The notes beneath the pieces were generated by a model. The model did no database searches and was not told the origin of the DNA. It saw only the letters and a program-made list of their open reading frames with translations. Below are positions 61,739-64,000 of a stretch of 64,000 nt of DNA, piece after piece. Position numbers and translations under genes: made by a program. The stretch covers positions 62,001-126,000 of the forward strand of contig NIVC01000875.1 of NCBI GenBank assembly GCA_002269645.1. The letters run 5' to 3'. The stretch is from Macrostomum lignano (lineage: Eukaryota). Numbering within the stretch: position 1 is the stretch's first letter; every line of letters starts with the position of its first letter.

Positions 61739-64000
61739 TCAATGATATGACAACTGTGGGTGAGGCAACAGTGCGATGTGGCTCTCGGAAAGGACACACG
61801 AACCGATGACATCCTCAAGCGGTAGTAGTAGCGGATCTCCGTAGTCCGCCAAATCGCCGAATGGATCGGCTGCAAGCCGCCGCACGTGAGCGCAACGGCA
61901 GCCACGCCTAGCGGAATTGCCACGTACAGCACATAGTGCCTCTAACGGGTCCTGATCTGGTTCGCGGACCGGTAGAATTAGGACCCGAAGTGACACTTGT
62001 GCACCGGTACTACTAATGGCTTCAACTCGTGCAAAACGAAATGTCGTCGGACGAAACCCGGAAATTGCAACGAAACACGATGCTACAGTGCGGCGCAGTG
62101 GGCGGTTATCGTTTTGTCGGCTGATGAAAACTACAATGACCAGCCCTGAGGGCAGTGTCGCACTGCGCCACCCATCCAGCATGCCATGCGGTCGTCGAAG
62201 AACTATGGAGTTACGGAGAACGATTTCCGTGCGCCGATGGCTCCGTTGTCGCCTCTCCAAGCCCTCAGCACCTAGCAGACGCGCTCCAATCTGGTTGGCG
62301 GCTATCTGTCTCTCCACTGACGTAACCACGTCAGCCTCGTTGTTGCTCGAGCCATGAAGGAGCTGTTGTAATCGTTTGTGCATGGTTTCGAACAACCCAG
62401 TTGATTGATGATGTATCGGCCCACCGGAGTCTACAGCGCTCAGCATGTGGCAGCAAACTTGATGGGCGTTGTACGTAAGCGCCCGAGTGGAATATAAGCG
62501 CGGTAAATTTGCGAGGAAGCATCTGAGGGACACCTCGACGTGGTCCAGTTCGTCCTTTGGCCCACCTTCAAGTCCCATCCAAAACACAGCCGTTGATAGA
62601 ACTAGTAAATGGTTGTAGTGGTCCGGCGGCAGAAAATCACCCAGAACGAGCGGAGCGAACACTAAAATCCACATTTCTAGTTCGTGTCCACGAAGATGGC
62701 GCAGGTCCTTCAGCTTCCTAACACTGTGGCGTTGCACTGATCGTGGCACGAGAATGCGATTGAGACGCTCGCCGACATCGCCAAGTCTGGGGTGCAGGTC
62801 CGGACAGTTAGTGTCTGCACGGTCTGGCTTCTCATTGCGGATTGCGAACATCTGTAGCAATATCCGACGAACGAGCCCGCCGCACAACTGGTGCAAATAA
62901 CAGGGCGGACAACCTTTTATAAAATCAAAGCCAGGCAGCCTGCTTAGAGGAGAGTGTCCGTACACACCGAGTACGTCGCGGCAAGTACCACCGCCGTTGC
63001 TCACATGTAGATCGGCAAGGTGCGAAGTGTCAGCAGCATTACGCACTGTTGTCTGTGTACAGCCTAGCATAGCAGGAGCGTTCAACATGGCGGGTGTAGC
63101 TTCGACGTGAAAAAGTCGCCCGCCGCCTTGCAAGTAACCGGTCCGCAGATAGCATTTGTCGCAGTATTTTCCGGAAAAGCGACGCATGCATAGAGCGTCC
63201 GCCCTCGCCGGGGCGTCCATCATCCCAAGGAGGGGATGGAGGCGCAGGACGCAAGTCTCGCCGTTGGCGTTGTTGTACGTTACACCTATGGTACGCAGGC
63301 TGGACAAGACGTTTACCATAACAGGCAGAAATGCGGCGGCCTTGACTTTTTGCTTGCCAGCCCACACTCCTGCGATGAAAACGTATCGCAGTTTAACTCG
63401 GTCGTGTACCTCTACGATGGAAATGTAGAATGGGCACACTTCGACGCAGCTAGTACTGAACCGAGGAAAACCATCGAAGCAGAAAACGTACGACAGATCG
63501 GCTCGGCGCTGTACATCGATGACCTCCAGAAAGTCTCGGTACAACGAGCTGTTGTACACGTGCAAAACGTCCGGCTGCACGTCGCGGTCAGCAGGCCAAA
63601 CGACGTTGTCAAGAAGTCCACCGCTCTCGATAGACTGTCGGATCTGCTGACGCACGTCGAATGCGTAAAAGTTGGCCACAGATTCTTCGCCGCAGTGTGC
63701 ACAGACGTCACCATCGGAAACGTGCCGAAAACGAGTGCGACGCATGCAGCTATTGCAAACGGCGTTGCAAACCGTCGAACCAATCGCTGACTGCGCTGAG
63801 CTGACGCACGACTCCAGACTTCGTCTTGTTCGCGGTAGACTACAGCCTGGCATAAGGCGATGAAGCAGCGCCATCAGTTTGTCGACTACATGATGCTTCA
63901 TGTGCGTCTCTATGACGAACAGCATAATGTCTGACGCAGCCTGGCCCAGCGTTCCCGGAAGCGCTGGATGGAACGGCTGATGCAGTTGTGCATCCGGTAC
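61739..64000 (-). CDS. CMC-EnSpm (CACTA-type) DDE transposase, 5' end outside the window
   Basis: CxxC...CxxC N-terminal finger; FCFDGFPRF (D1); MMDAPARA...FSG.YCDKC (D2); GVYGHSPLSRLPGFD; CYLH (C/DxxH); TYNAH; GPI...LFE (E). The frame stays open from 63925 to the window end (VPDAQLHQPFHPALPGTLGQAASDI). Confidence 0.9.
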   Translation of the reverse strand, partial: VPDAQLHQPFHPALPGTLGQAASDIMLFVIETHMKHHVVDKLMALLHRLMPGCSLPRTRRSLESCVSSAQSAIGSTVCNAVCNSCMRRTRFRHVSDGDVCAHCGEESVANFYAFDVRQQIRQSIESGGLLDNVVWPADRDVQPDVLHVYNSSLYRDFLEVIDVQRRADLSYVFCFDGFPRFSTSCVEVCPFYISIVEVHDRVKLRYVFIAGVWAGKQKVKAAAFLPVMVNVLSSLRTIGVTYNNANGETCVLRLHPLLGMMDAPARADALCMRRFSGKYCDKCYLRTGYLQGGGRLFHVEATPAMLNAPAMLGCTQTTVRNAADTSHLADLHVSNGGGTCRDVLGVYGHSPLSRLPGFDFIKGCPPCYLHQLCGGLVRRILLQMFAIRNEKPDRADTNCPDLHPRLGDVGERLNRILVPRSVQRHSVRKLKDLRHLRGHELEMWILVFAPLVLGDFLPPDHYNHLLVLSTAVFWMGLEGGPKDELDHVEVSLRCFLANLPRLYSTRALTYNAHQVCCHMLSAVDSGGPIHHQSTGLFETMHKRLQQLLHGSSNNEADVVTSVERQIAANQIGARLLGAEGLERRQRSHRRTEIVLRNSIVLRRPHGMLDGWRSATLPSGLVIVVFISRQNDNRPLRRTVASCFVAISGFRPTTFRFARVEAISSTGAQVSLRVLILPVREPDQDPLEALCAVRGNSARRGCRCAHVRRLAADPFGDLADYGDPLLLPLEDVIGSCVLSESHIALLPHPQLSYH

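Larger units (their letters stand above)
56991..64000 (-). mobile_element. Large CMC-EnSpm/CACTA-type DNA transposon carrying accessory genes; continues beyond the window
   Basis: Transposase at 61739-64000 with co-oriented CtIP-like and BEN genes. CCGG-rich subterminal repeats at 57020-57350. Homology to the upstream duplicated block stops at ~56990, just before CCCGCCAAAC. Only one end is visible, so the boundary is inferred. Confidence 0.65.

Overview
Eukaryotic (metazoan) genomic DNA with short GT-AG introns and many simple repeats. The style fits a flatworm such as Macrostomum, but that is inference only. Contents by region: (1) 0.3-22.6 kb: a mixed-orientation array of two-exon secreted WSC + PAN/Apple genes (4 intact, 3 pseudogene fragments), interleaved with Crypton-like, P-like and RTE remnants. 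(2) 21-31 kb: three hAT-type MITEs, a solo LTR and a deleted MULE, each with a readable target-site duplication (TSD). (3) 31.5-46.1 kb: a 6-exon mitofusin gene converging on a 4-exon coactosin gene; a near-full-length RTE LINE sits in a coactosin intron. (4) 48-57 kb: an intronless synaptotagmin-like gene, a TRAF-like gene and a duplicated block carrying a telomere-like G-rich satellite. (5) ~57 kb to beyond the window: a large CMC-EnSpm (CACTA-type) DNA transposon. Its co-oriented genes are a DDE transposase, a compact CtIP/Sae2-like gene and a BEN-domain gene. The CtIP-like protein has Asp where human CtIP has its CDK site T847. This transposon-borne, possibly constitutively active CtIP-like module is the most novel-looking system in the window.
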